From Escherichia coli (GTDB lineage: Bacteria; Pseudomonadota; Gammaproteobacteria; Enterobacterales; Enterobacteriaceae): 64,000 nt of DNA. Every line of letters begins with the position of its first letter. The first letter of the stretch is position 1. The stretch lies in NCBI RefSeq assembly GCF_003019035.1, contig NZ_CP027447.1; one strand, 5' to 3'. Below the pieces are notes generated by a model that was given only the letters and a program-made list of their open reading frames with translations, ran no database searches and was not told where the DNA came from. Position numbers and translations under genes: made by a program. Shown in pieces: positions 1-19,591 of the stretch.

Positions 1-1870
<1,870 letters not shown>

Positions 1871-1983
1871 GGCCTGCTCCTCACCTGTTTAATTTTTTCT
1901 TTCTGTTTTGCTTTCGTTAAGCAACTTTTAGCTCACTTATTATTTACTATTTGATAACAAATGTTTGGTCTTTCGTGCCATGT

Positions 1984-2006
1984 AAAAAAACCGCCCCGAA
2001 GGGCGG
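1984..2006 (-). terminator. Hairpin (ccgccc-cgaa-gggcgg) followed by a T-run on the minus strand, immediately downstream of fumA
   Basis: Inverted repeat at 1991-2006 with an A7 run on the plus strand (T7 on minus) at 1984-1990. Confidence 0.5.
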
Positions 2007-2012
2007 CTCTGT

Positions 2013-3659
2013 TTATTTCACACAGCGAGTGCACTGTGTGAGTTGTATCTGCTGGAAGAAGTCATTTCCTTTATCATCCACAAGGATAAACGCCGGGAAA
2101 TCTTCCACTTCAATTTTCCAGATGGCTTCCATTCCCAGTTCCGGATATTCAACACATTCCAGGCTCTTAATACTTCCCTGCGCCAATACAGCGGCCGGAC
2201 CACCGATACTGCCAAGGTAGAAGCCGCCGTGTTTTTTACAGGCATCCGTCACCTGCTGGCTGCGGTTGCCTTTCGCCAGCATGATCATACTTCCGCCCTG
2301 CGCTTGCAGTTGATCGACATAAGAATCCATCCGTCCGGCGGTCGTTGGGCCAAGAGAACCGGAGGCATAACCTTCCGGCGTTTTGGCCGGACCCGCGTAG
2401 TAAATCGGATGATCTTTAATGTACTGCGGCAGCCCTTCACCGTTATCCATCCGCTCTTTCAGTTTGGCGTGAGCAATATCACGACCGACGATAATCGTGC
2501 CGTTAAGCGATAAGCGTGTAGAAACGGGATACTGCGACAACTGTGCGAGGATCTCTTTCATCGGACGGTTAAGGTCAACGCGCACCGCTTCGCCTTCTCC
2601 GGCTTTGCGCAGCTCTTCCGGGATATATTTGCCTGGATTATGTTCCAGTTTTTCGATCCAGATCCCCTGACGGTTGATCTTCGCTTTGATATTACGGTCA
2701 GCAGAACAGGAGACGCCCATACCGACCGGGCAGGATGCGCCGTGACGTGGCAGGCGAATCACGCGGATGTCGTGAGCGAAGTATTTACCACCAAACTGCG
2801 CACCCAGACCGAGATTTTGCGCTTCGATCAGCAATTCTTTTTCCAGTTCCACATCGCGGAATGCCTGACCGTGCTCATTCCCTTCCGTTGGCAGTTCGTC
2901 ATAGTATTTAGCGGAAGCCAGTTTCACTGTTTTAAGGTTAGTTTCTGCAGAAGTTCCACCAATTACGAACGCAATATGATACGGAGGACAGGCCGCCGTA
3001 CCCAGCGTGCGCATCTTCTCAACCAGGTAATTTTTCAGTTTCCCCGGCGTTAGTAACGCTTTGGTTTCCTGATAGAGATACGTCTTGTTTGCCGAACCAC
3101 CACCTTTGGCGATACAGAGGAATTTGTACTCGTCGCCATCAACGGCATAAAGATCGATCTGCGCTGGCAGATTGGTGCCGGTATTCACCTCTTTATACAT
3201 ATCCAGCGGCGCGTTTTGCGAGTAGCGCAAATTATCTTCGATATAAGTGTTATAGACACCGCGCGCCAGCGCCGCTTCATCACCACCACCGGTCCATACA
3301 CGCTGCCCTTTTTTACCAACAATAATCGCGGTGCCGGTATCCTGACAGGTTGGCAGAACGCCTTTCGCCGCGATGTCGGAGTTGCGCAGGAATTGCAGCG
3401 CCACATATTTATCATTTTCGCTGGCCTCCGGGTCACGCAGAATGTCGGCCACCTGTTGTTGGTGAGCCGGACGCAGCATAAACGACGCATCATGAAACGC
3501 CTGACGCGCCAACAGAGTTAACGCTTCGGGTGCGACTTTCAAAATCTCCTGCCCTTCAAATTCAGATACGCTAACGTGTTCGCTGGTTAGCAGGTAATAC
3601 TCAGTATCATCTTTTTTGAGTGGAAAAGGAGCCTGATAATGAAAGGGTTTGTTTGACAT
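2013..3659 (-). CDS. fumA: Fumarate hydratase class I (Fe-S dependent)
   Basis: 548-aa ORF with class I fumarase sequence. Confidence 0.95.
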   Translation of the reverse strand: MSNKPFHYQAPFPLKKDDTEYYLLTSEHVSVSEFEGQEILKVAPEALTLLARQAFHDASFMLRPAHQQQVADILRDPEASENDKYVALQFLRNSDIAAKGVLPTCQDTGTAIIVGKKGQRVWTGGGDEAALARGVYNTYIEDNLRYSQNAPLDMYKEVNTGTNLPAQIDLYAVDGDEYKFLCIAKGGGSANKTYLYQETKALLTPGKLKNYLVEKMRTLGTAACPPYHIAFVIGGTSAETNLKTVKLASAKYYDELPTEGNEHGQAFRDVELEKELLIEAQNLGLGAQFGGKYFAHDIRVIRLPRHGASCPVGMGVSCSADRNIKAKINRQGIWIEKLEHNPGKYIPEELRKAGEGEAVRVDLNRPMKEILAQLSQYPVSTRLSLNGTIIVGRDIAHAKLKERMDNGEGLPQYIKDHPIYYAGPAKTPEGYASGSLGPTTAGRMDSYVDQLQAQGGSMIMLAKGNRSQQVTDACKKHGGFYLGSIGGPAAVLAQGSIKSLECVEYPELGMEAIWKIEVEDFPAFILVDDKGNDFFQQIQLTQCTRCVK

Positions 3660-3857
3660 TGTTCTCTCACTTACTGCCTGGTTTGGTTATGCTCTGGGCG
3701 GGTGTTCCGTTGCCCTGTTAAAAGCGAGTAACAATATCCTACACACTTTTTTAACAAAAACTGAGACTAGTACGACTTTTTGCGGCTCCAGGTTACTTCC
3801 CGTAGGATTCTTGCTTTAATAGCGGGATTAATTTCCACATTAAAACAGGGATTGATC

Positions 3858-5033
3858 ATGCAAAAACTCATTAACTCAGTGCAAAACTATGCCTGGGGCA
3901 GCAAAACGGCGTTGACTGAACTTTATGGTATGGAAAATCCGTCCAGCCAGCCGATGGCCGAGCTGTGGATGGGCGCACATCCGAAAAGCAGTTCACGGGT
4001 GCAGAATGCCGCCGGAGATATCGTTTCACTGCGTGATGTGATTGAGAGTGATAAATCGACTCTGCTCGGAGAGGCCGTTGCCAAACGCTTTGGCGAACTG
4101 CCTTTCCTGTTCAAAGTATTATGCGCAGCACAGCCACTCTCCATTCAGGTTCATCCAAACAAACACAATTCTGAAATCGGTTTTGCCAAAGAAAATGCCG
4201 CAGGTATCCCGATGGATGCCGCCGAGCGTAACTATAAAGATCCTAACCACAAGCCGGAGCTGGTTTTTGCGCTGACGCCTTTCCTTGCGATGAACGCGTT
4301 TCGTGAATTTTCCGAGATTGTCTCCCTACTCCAGCCAGTCGCAGGTGCACATCCGGCAATTGCTCACTTTTTACAACAGCCACATGCCGAACGTTTAAGC
4401 GAACTGTTCGCCAGCCTGTTGAATATGCAGGGTGAAGAAAAATCCCGCGCGCTGGCGATTTTAAAATCGGCCCTCGATAGCCAGCAGGGTGAACCGTGGC
4501 AAACGATTCGTTTAATTTCTGAATTTTACCCGGAAGACAGCGGTCTGTTCTCCCCACTATTGCTGAATGTGGTGAAATTGAATCCTGGCGAAGCGATGTT
4601 CCTGTTCGCTGAAACACCGCACGCTTACCTGCAAGGCGTGGCGCTGGAAGTGATGGCGAACTCCGATAACGTGCTGCGTGCGGGTCTGACGCCTAAGTAC
4701 ATTGATATTCCGGAACTGGTTGCCAATGTGAAGTTCGAAGCCAAACCGGCTAACCAGTTGTTGACCCAGCCGGTGAAACAAGGTGCAGAACTGGACTTCC
4801 CGATTCCTGTGGATGATTTTGCCTTCTCGCTGCATGATCTTAGTGATAAAGAAACCACCATTAGCCAGCAAAGTGCCGCCATTTTGTTCTGCGTCGAAGG
4901 CGATGCAACGCTGTGTCAAGGTTCTCAGCAGTTACAGCTTAAACCGGGTGAATCAGCGTTTATTGCCGCCAACGAATCACCGGTGACTGTCAAAGGCCAC
5001 GGCCGTTTAGCGCGTGTTTACAACAAGCTGTAA
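3858..5033 (+). CDS. manA: Mannose-6-phosphate isomerase
   Basis: Track ORF 3780..5033 carries an N-terminal extension; the start is taken at the internal ATG 3858 (MQKLINSVQNYAWGSK), giving 391 aa. Confidence 0.93.
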   Translation: MQKLINSVQNYAWGSKTALTELYGMENPSSQPMAELWMGAHPKSSSRVQNAAGDIVSLRDVIESDKSTLLGEAVAKRFGELPFLFKVLCAAQPLSIQVHPNKHNSEIGFAKENAAGIPMDAAERNYKDPNHKPELVFALTPFLAMNAFREFSEIVSLLQPVAGAHPAIAHFLQQPHAERLSELFASLLNMQGEEKSRALAILKSALDSQQGEPWQTIRLISEFYPEDSGLFSPLLLNVVKLNPGEAMFLFAETPHAYLQGVALEVMANSDNVLRAGLTPKYIDIPELVANVKFEAKPANQLLTQPVKQGAELDFPIPVDDFAFSLHDLSDKETTISQQSAAILFCVEGDATLCQGSQQLQLKPGESAFIAANESPVTVKGHGRLARVYNKL

Positions 5034-5090
5034 GAGCTTACTGAAAAAATTAACATCTCTTGCTAAGCTTATTAAAGGCTTATAACACCT

Positions 5091-5120
5091 TCAGGCGGCC
5101 AGTCCGCCTGATTTCATTTT
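5091..5120 (+). terminator. Rho-independent terminator-like hairpin after manA
   Basis: tcaggcgg-ccagt-ccgcctga perfect 8-bp stem followed by tttcatttt. Confidence 0.5.
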
Positions 5121-5133
5121 ATGGATAATCATT

Positions 5134-6642
5134 ATGAATAAATCGCTGGTAGCGGTAGGCGTCATTGTTGCGCTAGGCGTAGTCTGGACAGGCGGCGCAT
5201 GGTATACAGGCAAGAAGATTGAAACCCATCTCGAAGACATGGTCGCGCAGGCGAACGCGCAACTCAAACTGACAGCTCCTGAATCCAACCTGGAAGTGAG
5301 TTATCAAAACTATCATCGCGGCGTATTCAGCAGCCAGTTGCAACTGTTGGTGAAACCCATTGCCGGGAAAGAAAATCCGTGGATTAAAAGCGGTCAGAGC
5401 GTCATCTTCAACGAATCGGTTGATCATGGTCCCTTCCCCCTTGCCCAGCTTAAAAAACTGAACCTGATCCCGTCGATGGCATCAATTCAAACCACGCTGG
5501 TCAATAACGAAGTAAGCAAGCCACTGTTTGATATGGCAAAAGGTGAAACGCCTTTTGAGATTAACTCGCGCATTGGTTACAGCGGTGATTCCAGTTCCGA
5601 TATTTCGCTCAAGCCGCTGAATTACGAGCAAAAGGATGAAAAAGTCGCCTTTAGCGGCGGCGAGTTCCAGTTAAATGCTGACAGAGACGGCAAAGCTATC
5701 TCCCTTTCCGGGGAGGCGCAAAGTGGTCGGATAGACGCAGTTAACGAATACAACCAGAAAGTGCAGTTGACCTTTAATAATCTGAAAACCGACGGTTCCA
5801 GCACGCTGGCAAGTTTTGGTGAGCGCGTAGGAAACCAAAAACTGTCACTGGAAAAAATGACCATTTCAGTGGAAGGCAAAGAACTGGCACTGCTGGAAGG
5901 CATGGAGATCAGCGGTAAATCGGATCTGGTCAATGACGGTAAAACGATCAATAGCCAACTGGATTACTCGCTAAACAGCCTGAAGGTACAGAATCAGGAT
6001 CTGGGCAGCGGCAAGCTGACTTTAAAAGTCGGCCAAATTGATGGCGAAGCCTGGCATCAGTTTAGCCAGCAATATAACGCGCAAACTCAGGCGCTGCTGA
6101 CACAGCCAGAAATTGCCAACAATCCCGAACTTTATCAGGAGAAAGTGACGGAAGCCTTCTTTAGCGCCCTGCCGCTGATGTTGAAAGGCGATCCGGTGAT
6201 TACTATCGCGCCGCTAAGCTGGAAAAACAGTCAGGGTGAAAGTGCGCTGAATCTGTCGCTGTTCCTGAAAGATCCGGCAACGACTAAAGAAGCGCCGCAA
6301 ACGCTGGCGCAGGAAGTAGATCGTTCGGTTAAATCTCTGGATGCGAAACTGACCATTCCGGTGGATATGGCAACTGAGTTTATGACTCAGGTAGCGAAGC
6401 TGGAAGGTTATCAGGAAGATCAAGCGAAAAAACTGGCGAAACAGCAAGTTGAAGGTGCATCAGCAATGGGGCAGATGTTCCGTCTGACCACCTTGCAGGA
6501 CAATACCATCACCACCAGCCTGCAATATGCTAACGGTCAGATAACGTTAAATGGGCAGAAAATGTCGTTAGAAGATTTTGTTGGCATGTTTGCGATGCCA
6601 GCTCTTAACGTTCCGGCTGTACCGGCAATTCCGCAGCAGTAA
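5134..6642 (+). CDS. ydgA: Uncharacterised membrane-anchored protein YdgA
   Basis: 502-aa ORF with an N-terminal hydrophobic segment; K-12 synteny between manA and uidC. Confidence 0.88.
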   Translation: MNKSLVAVGVIVALGVVWTGGAWYTGKKIETHLEDMVAQANAQLKLTAPESNLEVSYQNYHRGVFSSQLQLLVKPIAGKENPWIKSGQSVIFNESVDHGPFPLAQLKKLNLIPSMASIQTTLVNNEVSKPLFDMAKGETPFEINSRIGYSGDSSSDISLKPLNYEQKDEKVAFSGGEFQLNADRDGKAISLSGEAQSGRIDAVNEYNQKVQLTFNNLKTDGSSTLASFGERVGNQKLSLEKMTISVEGKELALLEGMEISGKSDLVNDGKTINSQLDYSLNSLKVQNQDLGSGKLTLKVGQIDGEAWHQFSQQYNAQTQALLTQPEIANNPELYQEKVTEAFFSALPLMLKGDPVITIAPLSWKNSQGESALNLSLFLKDPATTKEAPQTLAQEVDRSVKSLDAKLTIPVDMATEFMTQVAKLEGYQEDQAKKLAKQQVEGASAMGQMFRLTTLQDNTITTSLQYANGQITLNGQKMSLEDFVGMFAMPALNVPAVPAIPQQ

Positions 6643-6652
6643 TTCACGGCCA

Positions 6653-6686
6653 AAACGCCGGAGAATTTTCACTCCGGCGTTTTCAT
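6653..6686 (+). terminator. Hairpin terminator after ydgA
   Basis: aaacgccggag / ctccggcgttt inverted repeat followed by a T-rich tract. Confidence 0.5.
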
Positions 6687-6697
6687 CTGAAAACAAA

Positions 6698-6808
6698 CCA
6701 GAGATTGCCTGATGCGCTACGCTTATCAGGCCTACCTTTTCCTGCAACACTTTGAATTTATGAGTTTTTGTAGGCTGGATAAGGCGTTTACGCCGCATCC
6801 GGCATAAA
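6698..6808. repeat. REP/BIME-type extragenic palindromic elements (two inverted copies)
   Basis: gcctgatgcgctacgcttatcaggcctac and the inverted copy ggcgtttacgccgcatccggca match the enterobacterial REP consensus as I recall it. Confidence 0.6.
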
Positions 6809-6867
6809 AAACGCGCACTTTGTCAACAATCTGAAACGCCGGAGGTTTTTCTCTCCGGCGTTATTTC

Positions 6868-8133
6868 TTACTTCAGCATAAAGTCATACTGAATACTCAT
6901 TTTCACATCCCAGTAATTCAGGCGATCGCCCAGCGCACTGCCATCGCGCTTTTCCCGCCCTTTGTCGGCAGCAAGAAAGAAATTCATCCCTTGTAACGGC
7001 CCTTCGCTGACCCGATAGTTCATACCACCTAAGATACCCGCGCCTTCAATCCGCACATCTCGTTTACTGGATTCATAGCCGCGGGTCACAATCGGTGCAA
7101 ATGTCAGTGTAAATTGCGGAGTTAAACGATAGTTGACGCCCAATTGCCAGGACTGCATTCCTTCACGGTTACGATCAAGACTTAATGAAAAGGGATAGCC
7201 AATGTCGGTATCCACCACGGCACCATTCATTGCATGGCGCAAATAACCACCACTGCCAAATACGCTTCCCCACGGCGCATTCCAGGTCAATTGTCCACTA
7301 ACCAACGCCGTTTCATTGGGCTGGCTGGTATTACGACTTAAACCTTCGAGCTGCGCGTAAAAGCCGAGCAACTCCCCTTTCAACGTATAATTCGGGTCGA
7401 GCGGTATGCTTTTCTCGAGAATACTTTGTATCTGATTGGAAACATCTTTCTGTACCGATGCCCCCAGAGAATAGCGACTGGTATCATCATGCCAACTGGC
7501 GGCTAAAAAAGAACGTGCGCGATGTTTATCGTATTTTCCCGTCTGGCTGTTATACACCCCTTCATCACGAATACCGGTTGTTGAATCAGTCCATAAAAAT
7601 ACTCGTGAACGCCACATTCCCCACAGATCAATATTTGGCGTTAAAGCCCAATAACCTAATGCTCCTTCAGAAACTGTCGGTAATGTACGTTGCGAACTGC
7701 CAGCCATTAACGGAATACGATAAGGTAAGCTACCATAACTATAATCCGTCCCGAAGCGACCTAATTTAAGCAGGCTATTTTCACTGGGTTTTATTTTTAC
7801 TGCCCCCAGGGCAAAGCCAAAACTTTTATCACCATCAAGATACCACCGGGTACTCATATCAGCACGAGCACCTAATTTATAAACATAATATGCCCCGCCT
7901 TCAACGCCAATAATATTGGAATAATAACCACTATTGAAATCGAGCAATCCTCCCTGTACCCATGCGTAAATATCTCTTCCCGCGCCAGCACTGGGCTTAT
8001 CCGCCCTGCGCAATTCGTTTTTCAGTCTGATGCGTAGTCCCGCTTCATCGTCAGCCAGTTGCGCCGCGTAAGCAGAGGTAAGGCCAGAGGCAGCCGTCAG
8101 GCAAATAACGGCCATGGCCACTATTTTTCTCAT
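6868..8133 (-). CDS. uidC: Outer-membrane porin of the glucuronide utilisation operon
   Basis: 421-aa ORF with a signal peptide and C-terminal aromatic residue; downstream of uidB. Confidence 0.9.
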   Translation of the reverse strand: MRKIVAMAVICLTAASGLTSAYAAQLADDEAGLRIRLKNELRRADKPSAGAGRDIYAWVQGGLLDFNSGYYSNIIGVEGGAYYVYKLGARADMSTRWYLDGDKSFGFALGAVKIKPSENSLLKLGRFGTDYSYGSLPYRIPLMAGSSQRTLPTVSEGALGYWALTPNIDLWGMWRSRVFLWTDSTTGIRDEGVYNSQTGKYDKHRARSFLAASWHDDTSRYSLGASVQKDVSNQIQSILEKSIPLDPNYTLKGELLGFYAQLEGLSRNTSQPNETALVSGQLTWNAPWGSVFGSGGYLRHAMNGAVVDTDIGYPFSLSLDRNREGMQSWQLGVNYRLTPQFTLTFAPIVTRGYESSKRDVRIEGAGILGGMNYRVSEGPLQGMNFFLAADKGREKRDGSALGDRLNYWDVKMSIQYDFMLK

Positions 8134-8171
8134 AGTTGCACCTTTGATGTTCTGATTATTTTTATTGAATA

Positions 8172-11742
<3,571 letters not shown>

Positions 11743-12333
11743 TCAGGATGCGGTTAATATACCGCCAATCATCGCGCGTAATCCTTGAGCAAACGACGCT
11801 TCACGCGCCAGATCTTCCGCTTCGATATCGGCCAGTACACCGTAGGTCAGATCCAGCAGTAAACGTGAAGTCATTGCCGTGTTGATATCTGGGCTTATCT
11901 CGCCTTTTTGCTGGGCATCACGCATCCGCTGGGCAACAAATTCCGTGATCGTCATATGCTTATTTTTAAGCATGGCGGCGACCTGTGGGTTACGCATCCC
12001 TTCCGCCATAATTTCGACCACCAGCGCCCGTTGCCCAAAGGCTTCATGGGTGAGAGAGACAATAGACTCGACCATATAGTCAACGAAATGAATCCCTTCA
12101 ATCGGTTCCCGGAAACGGGCCAGCGCCCTCTCCTGGTCCTGTAAGATAATCGCCTGAATCAGGGCTTCTTTGGAGATGAAATGGTGATAGAGCGTCCCGG
12201 GACTAATGGCGCAAGATTTACAGATGGCTTTCATCGAGGCACTGTGAAATCCATTTTCTGAAAAAATCTCTCTGGCAGCATTGAGGATCCGGGTCCGTGT
12301 CGGTTGTGCTTCAGTCTGCATGTTATCCATCAT
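11743..12333 (-). CDS. uidR: TetR-family repressor of the uid operon
   Basis: 196-aa ORF with an N-terminal TetR-type HTH. Confidence 0.9.
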   Translation of the reverse strand: MMDNMQTEAQPTRTRILNAAREIFSENGFHSASMKAICKSCAISPGTLYHHFISKEALIQAIILQDQERALARFREPIEGIHFVDYMVESIVSLTHEAFGQRALVVEIMAEGMRNPQVAAMLKNKHMTITEFVAQRMRDAQQKGEISPDINTAMTSRLLLDLTYGVLADIEAEDLAREASFAQGLRAMIGGILTAS

Positions 12334-12553
12334 AAAACCATTATAGTTAGCGTGAATAACTAGTTTACCGCGTTGTCAGGTGAGCGCCTATCATTGCTGT
12401 TGAATAGTGCGAAGGCACACTCTATTCGTATACTTTTCACTCGGAAATTGGTTAACCAATAGCCGTAATTTGGCTGCCAGTTATTTAGCTGAGACGTTGA
12501 TGAGTTTATCCCGGTAAACAACACATACGGCTGTTTACCGGTCCGTTAGTGTA

Positions 12554-13321
12554 TTAATTGAGCTCCTGTACCCCACCACCGGAGACCGTGAGAATTTGTC
12601 CGCTTACCCAGCTGGCTGCAGGCGAGCAAAGGAACAGCGCCGCGTTAGCAATATCTTGCGGTTGGCCCAGACGTCTGATCGGCGTGTGTTGTAACATTTT
12701 TTGTTCAATTTCTGGTGTAATAACGGATTTCAGGGCATCGGTTAATATTGCCCCCGGCGCAATGCCATTCACCCGAATATTTTTTTCACCCAGGTCAAAT
12801 GCCATATTTCTGACCAGATGACTGGCCGCAGCTTTAGATGATGCATAAGAAGTCATGTTTATATTTTTATTTTCTGCCGCCATAGAAGTGATGGTCAGAA
12901 TAACGCCACCGCCATTTTTTTCCATTTCTGGCGCAACAAGTTGTGACAGATGGAAAAAAGAAAACACATTCAGTTCATAAGCACGGCGAAAATCTGCCAT
13001 TGGCATATCAAATGGTTTAGGACCACCGCCACCGGCGTTGTTAACCAGAATATCAACTTTACCCAGCTTACTGACGGCAAAATCTGCCAGTGCAGAGAGT
13101 TCCTGTTCGGAAGTAATATCACAACGCCAGGCAAATGCCTGACCACCCAGTTGTTGAATTTCATCTACAACATGATTAGCTGCATCGGCATTAATATCAC
13201 TGACCACCACAGATGCGCCAGCTGTCGCGAATGTAATGGCAATTTCTTTACCAATACCTGCACCCGCACCTGTGATGATGGCGCATTTTCCGTCGAGTCT
13301 CAGGTTGTCAGAATTAAACAC
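12554..13321 (-). CDS. hdhA: 7-alpha-hydroxysteroid dehydrogenase (SDR family)
   Basis: 255-aa ORF with the SDR glycine-rich motif TGAGAGIG. Confidence 0.9.
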   Translation of the reverse strand: MFNSDNLRLDGKCAIITGAGAGIGKEIAITFATAGASVVVSDINADAANHVVDEIQQLGGQAFAWRCDITSEQELSALADFAVSKLGKVDILVNNAGGGGPKPFDMPMADFRRAYELNVFSFFHLSQLVAPEMEKNGGGVILTITSMAAENKNINMTSYASSKAAASHLVRNMAFDLGEKNIRVNGIAPGAILTDALKSVITPEIEQKMLQHTPIRRLGQPQDIANAALFLCSPAASWVSGQILTVSGGGVQELN

Positions 13322-13432
13322 ATAAACCTCCTGTGAACTTCAGTAAAAATAAAAGGCACCGCCTGTGTGCCACATTTTTTATCATTAACCTTGAGGAAAG
13401 GACACTACCAGGTATAGCAGATAAAGAGAGGA

Positions 13433-16228
<2,796 letters not shown>

Positions 16229-16237
16229 GGATAAGAT

Positions 16238-17410
16238 ATGTTCGATTTTTCAAAGGTCGTGGATCGTCATGGCACATGGTGTACGCAGTGGGATTATGTC
16301 GCCGACCGTTTCGGCACTGCTGACCTGTTACCGTTCACGATTTCAGACATGGATTTTGCCACTGCCCCCTGCATTATCGAGGCGCTGAATCAGCGTCTGA
16401 TGCACGGCGTGTTTGGCTACAGCCGCTGGAAAAACGATGAGTTTCTCGCGGCTATTGCCCACTGGTTTTCCACCCAGCATTACACCGCCATCGATCCTCA
16501 GTCGGTGGTGTATGGCCCTTCTGTTATCTATATGGTTTCAGAACTGATTCGTCAGTGGTCTGAAACAGGTGAAGGCGTGGTGATCCACACACCCGCCTAT
16601 GACGCATTTTACAAGGCCATTGAAGGTAACCAGCGCACAGTAATGCCCGTTGCTTTAGAGAAGCAGGCTGACGGCTGGTTTTGCGATATGGGCAAGCTGG
16701 AAGCCGTGCTGGCGAAACCAGAATGTAAAATTATGCTCCTGTGTAGCCCACAGAATCCTACCGGGAAAGTGTGGACGTGCGATGAACTGGAGATCATGGC
16801 TGACCTGTGCGAGCGTCATGGTGTGCGGGTTATTTCCGATGAAATCCATATGGATATGGTTTGGGGCGAGCAGCCGCATATTCCCTGGAGTAATGTGGCG
16901 CGCGGAGACTGGGCATTGCTAACGTCGGGATCGAAAAGTTTCAATATTCCCGCCCTGACCGGTGCTTACGGGATTATAGAAAATAGCAGCAGCCGTGATG
17001 CCTATTTATCGGCACTGAAAGGACGTGATGGCCTTTCTTCCCCTTCAGTACTGGCGTTAACTGCCCATATCGCCGCCTATCAGCAAGGCGCGCCGTGGCT
17101 GGATGCCTTACGCGTCTATCTGAAAGATAACCTGACATATATCGCAGATAAAATGAACGCCGCGTTCCCTGAACTCAACTGGCAGATCCCGCAATCCACT
17201 TATCTGGCCTGGATTGATCTACGTCCGTTGAATATTGACGACAACGCGTTGCAAAAAGCGCTTATCGAGCAAGAGAAGGTCGCGATCATGCCGGGATATA
17301 CCTACGGTGAAGAAGGTCGTGGTTTTGTCCGACTCAATGCCGGGTGCCCGCGTTCGAAACTGGAAAAAGGTGTGGCTGGATTAATTAACGCCATCCGCGC
17401 TGTTCGTTAA
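16238..17410 (+). CDS. malY: PLP-dependent cystathionine beta-lyase / MalT-modulating protein
   Basis: 390-aa aminotransferase class I/II-like ORF immediately downstream of malX. Confidence 0.92.
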   Translation: MFDFSKVVDRHGTWCTQWDYVADRFGTADLLPFTISDMDFATAPCIIEALNQRLMHGVFGYSRWKNDEFLAAIAHWFSTQHYTAIDPQSVVYGPSVIYMVSELIRQWSETGEGVVIHTPAYDAFYKAIEGNQRTVMPVALEKQADGWFCDMGKLEAVLAKPECKIMLLCSPQNPTGKVWTCDELEIMADLCERHGVRVISDEIHMDMVWGEQPHIPWSNVARGDWALLTSGSKSFNIPALTGAYGIIENSSSRDAYLSALKGRDGLSSPSVLALTAHIAAYQQGAPWLDALRVYLKDNLTYIADKMNAAFPELNWQIPQSTYLAWIDLRPLNIDDNALQKALIEQEKVAIMPGYTYGEEGRGFVRLNAGCPRSKLEKGVAGLINAIRAVR

Positions 17411-17416
17411 CCCCAA

Positions 17417-17456
17417 TTGCGCAACGTAAAAAATCGTTGCGCAATCGTGGATTTTT
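17417..17456 (+). terminator. Hairpin terminator after malY
   Basis: ttgcgcaacg / cgttgcgcaa 10-bp perfect stem, then a T-rich tract. Confidence 0.5.
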
Positions 17457-17513
17457 ACCCTGCTTTGTTTTTATAATGGTGCGCACTTTTATATCCAGAA
17501 AAAGAGTGCGACC

Positions 17514-18515
17514 ATGATTGATACCACCCTGCCATTAACTGATATCCATCGCCACCTTGATGGCAACATTCGTCCCCAGACCATTCTTGAACTTGGCCGC
17601 CAGTATAATATCTCGCTTCCTGCACAATCCCTGGAAACACTGATTCCCCACGTTCAGGTCATTGCCAACGAACCCGATCTGGTGAGCTTTCTGACTAAAC
17701 TTGACTGGGGCGTTAAAGTTCTCGCCTCTCTTGATGCTTGCCGCCGCGTGGCATTTGAAAACATTGAAGATGCAGCCCGTAACGGCCTGCACTATGTCGA
17801 GCTGCGTTTTTCACCGGGCTACATGGCAATGGCACATCAGCTGCCTGTAGCGGGTGTTGTCGAAGCGGTGATCGATGGCGTACGTGAAGGTTGCCGCACC
17901 TTTGGTGTGCAGGCGAAGCTTATCGGCATTATGAGCCGGACCTTCGGTGAAGCCGCCTGTCAGCAAGAGCTGGAGGCCTTTTTAGCCCACCGTGACCAGA
18001 TTACCGCACTTGATTTAGCCGGTGATGAACTTGGTTTCCCGGGAAGTCTGTTCCTTTCTCAGTTCAACCGCGCGCGTGATGCGGGCTGGCATATTACCGT
18101 CCATGCAGGCGAAGCTGCCGGGCCGGAAAGCATCTGGCAGGCGATTCGTGAACTGGGGGCGGAACGTATTGGACATGGCGTAAAAGCCATTGAAGATCGG
18201 GCGCTGATGGATTTTCTCGCCGAGCAGCAAATTGGTATTGAATCCTGTCTGACCTCCAATATTCAGACCAGCACCGTGGCAGAGCTGGCGGCACATCCGC
18301 TGAAAACGTTCCTTGAGCATGGCATTCGTGCCAGCATTAACACTGACGATCCCGGCGTACAGGGAGTGGATATCATTCACGAATATACCGTTGCCGCGCC
18401 GGCTGCTGGGTTATCCCGCGAGCAAATCCGCCAGGCGCAGATTAATGGTCTGGAAATGGCTTTCCTCAGCGCAGAGGAAAAACGCGCACTGCGAGAAAAA
18501 GTAGCCGCGAAGTAA
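17514..18515 (+). CDS. add: Adenosine deaminase
   Basis: 333-aa ORF with metal-dependent deaminase motifs (HxH near the N-terminus, SINTDDP). Confidence 0.95.
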   Translation: MIDTTLPLTDIHRHLDGNIRPQTILELGRQYNISLPAQSLETLIPHVQVIANEPDLVSFLTKLDWGVKVLASLDACRRVAFENIEDAARNGLHYVELRFSPGYMAMAHQLPVAGVVEAVIDGVREGCRTFGVQAKLIGIMSRTFGEAACQQELEAFLAHRDQITALDLAGDELGFPGSLFLSQFNRARDAGWHITVHAGEAAGPESIWQAIRELGAERIGHGVKAIEDRALMDFLAEQQIGIESCLTSNIQTSTVAELAAHPLKTFLEHGIRASINTDDPGVQGVDIIHEYTVAAPAAGLSREQIRQAQINGLEMAFLSAEEKRALREKVAAK

Positions 18516-18522
18516 CAAAAAT

Positions 18523-18551
18523 GGATGGTGCTAATTGCACCATCCTCTTTT
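18523..18551. terminator. Hairpin between convergent add and ydgJ (possible bidirectional terminator)
   Basis: ggatggtgc-taatt-gcaccatcc followed by tcttttc. Confidence 0.5.
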
Positions 18552-19591
18552 CACGCAAGGCACAGCGTCGCGCGATGTTTGGCGGATTCGATGCCCAGCT
18601 CAATCAACTCCATTACCTGGATTGCCTGACTTGCCGGAACCGGATTTTCACCATCGCCATTTAACGCATCACGAATAGCCGCATAGTAAGCCGGATAATT
18701 CCCCGGCACCGTCAACAGCGTTTCTTCGACACGTTCCTCACCTTCCACGCGGGTAAGTACGCCATCACGCATATCGTAGCCCCAGTCTTCCTGCGGCAGA
18801 CGCTCGCCATTTTTCAGACGTTCTTCCTGTGGATCGAGGCCATATTTCACATAACTGCCTCGGGATCCATGCACGATATAACGTGCTGACTCAGCGGCTG
18901 CCAGCATGGTGCCGTGTAAAATGACTCGCCGCTGCGGATAGGACAAGATGGCGTGGAAATAATCAGTCGACTGCGCTCCGGGCCGTAACTGTGCCAAATC
19001 AACCGTCATGCTGACCGGTAAACCAAATAGCGTAATGGCCTGATCAAGAAGATGCGGTGCTAAATCGTACCAGATACCGCTGCCAGGACCGCCCTGTTCA
19101 CGCCAACGATCGCGCACCTGCGGACGGAAGCGGTCAAAATGAGACTCAAAGTAAGCAACTTCATCCAGTACGCCTTCCGCGAGCAAACCTTTTAGCGTCA
19201 GGAAATCGCTATCCCAGCGACGGTTATGGAATACAGACAGCACACGCCCCAGGCTTTTTGCCAGCGCTTCCAGCTCGCGCGCTTGTGACAGTGTCACGGT
19301 AAAGGGTTTATCAACGACCACATGTTTACCCGCCTCAAGCGCCGCTTTGGCTAACGGGAAATGGGTATCGTTGGGTGTAGGAATGACAATCAGGTCTATG
19401 TTGGGATCGTTAAACAGATGCTTCGGCTCAGAGACAACCGTAACCGTTGGCCAGTCGGCTTTTACTTTTGTTTCATCACTGCTGGAGATTACCGCCAGTT
19501 CCAGCCCGGGCGTGCCCGCAATCAGTGGCGCATGGAAGGTTTTGCTCGCATAACCATACCCAATCAACCCAACACGGATGTTGTCGCTCAT
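18551..19591 (-). CDS. ydgJ: Gfo/Idh/MocA-family oxidoreductase
   Basis: Track ORF 18551..19630; start preferred at MSDNIRVGLIGYGYASKTFH (346 aa) by Rossmann-fold position. Confidence 0.85.
   Translation of the reverse strand: MSDNIRVGLIGYGYASKTFHAPLIAGTPGLELAVISSSDETKVKADWPTVTVVSEPKHLFNDPNIDLIVIPTPNDTHFPLAKAALEAGKHVVVDKPFTVTLSQARELEALAKSLGRVLSVFHNRRWDSDFLTLKGLLAEGVLDEVAYFESHFDRFRPQVRDRWREQGGPGSGIWYDLAPHLLDQAITLFGLPVSMTVDLAQLRPGAQSTDYFHAILSYPQRRVILHGTMLAAAESARYIVHGSRGSYVKYGLDPQEERLKNGERLPQEDWGYDMRDGVLTRVEGEERVEETLLTVPGNYPAYYAAIRDALNGDGENPVPASQAIQVMELIELGIESAKHRATLCLA

Noticed and set aside
3780-3857. N-terminal extension of the manA ORF
   Set aside because: The internal ATG at 3858 gives the conserved MQKLINSVQNYAWGSK start; the extension is upstream non-coding sequence read in frame.
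7458-7769. 103-aa plus-strand ORF inside uidC
   Set aside because: Entirely antisense to a well-supported porin gene; no ribosome-binding site.
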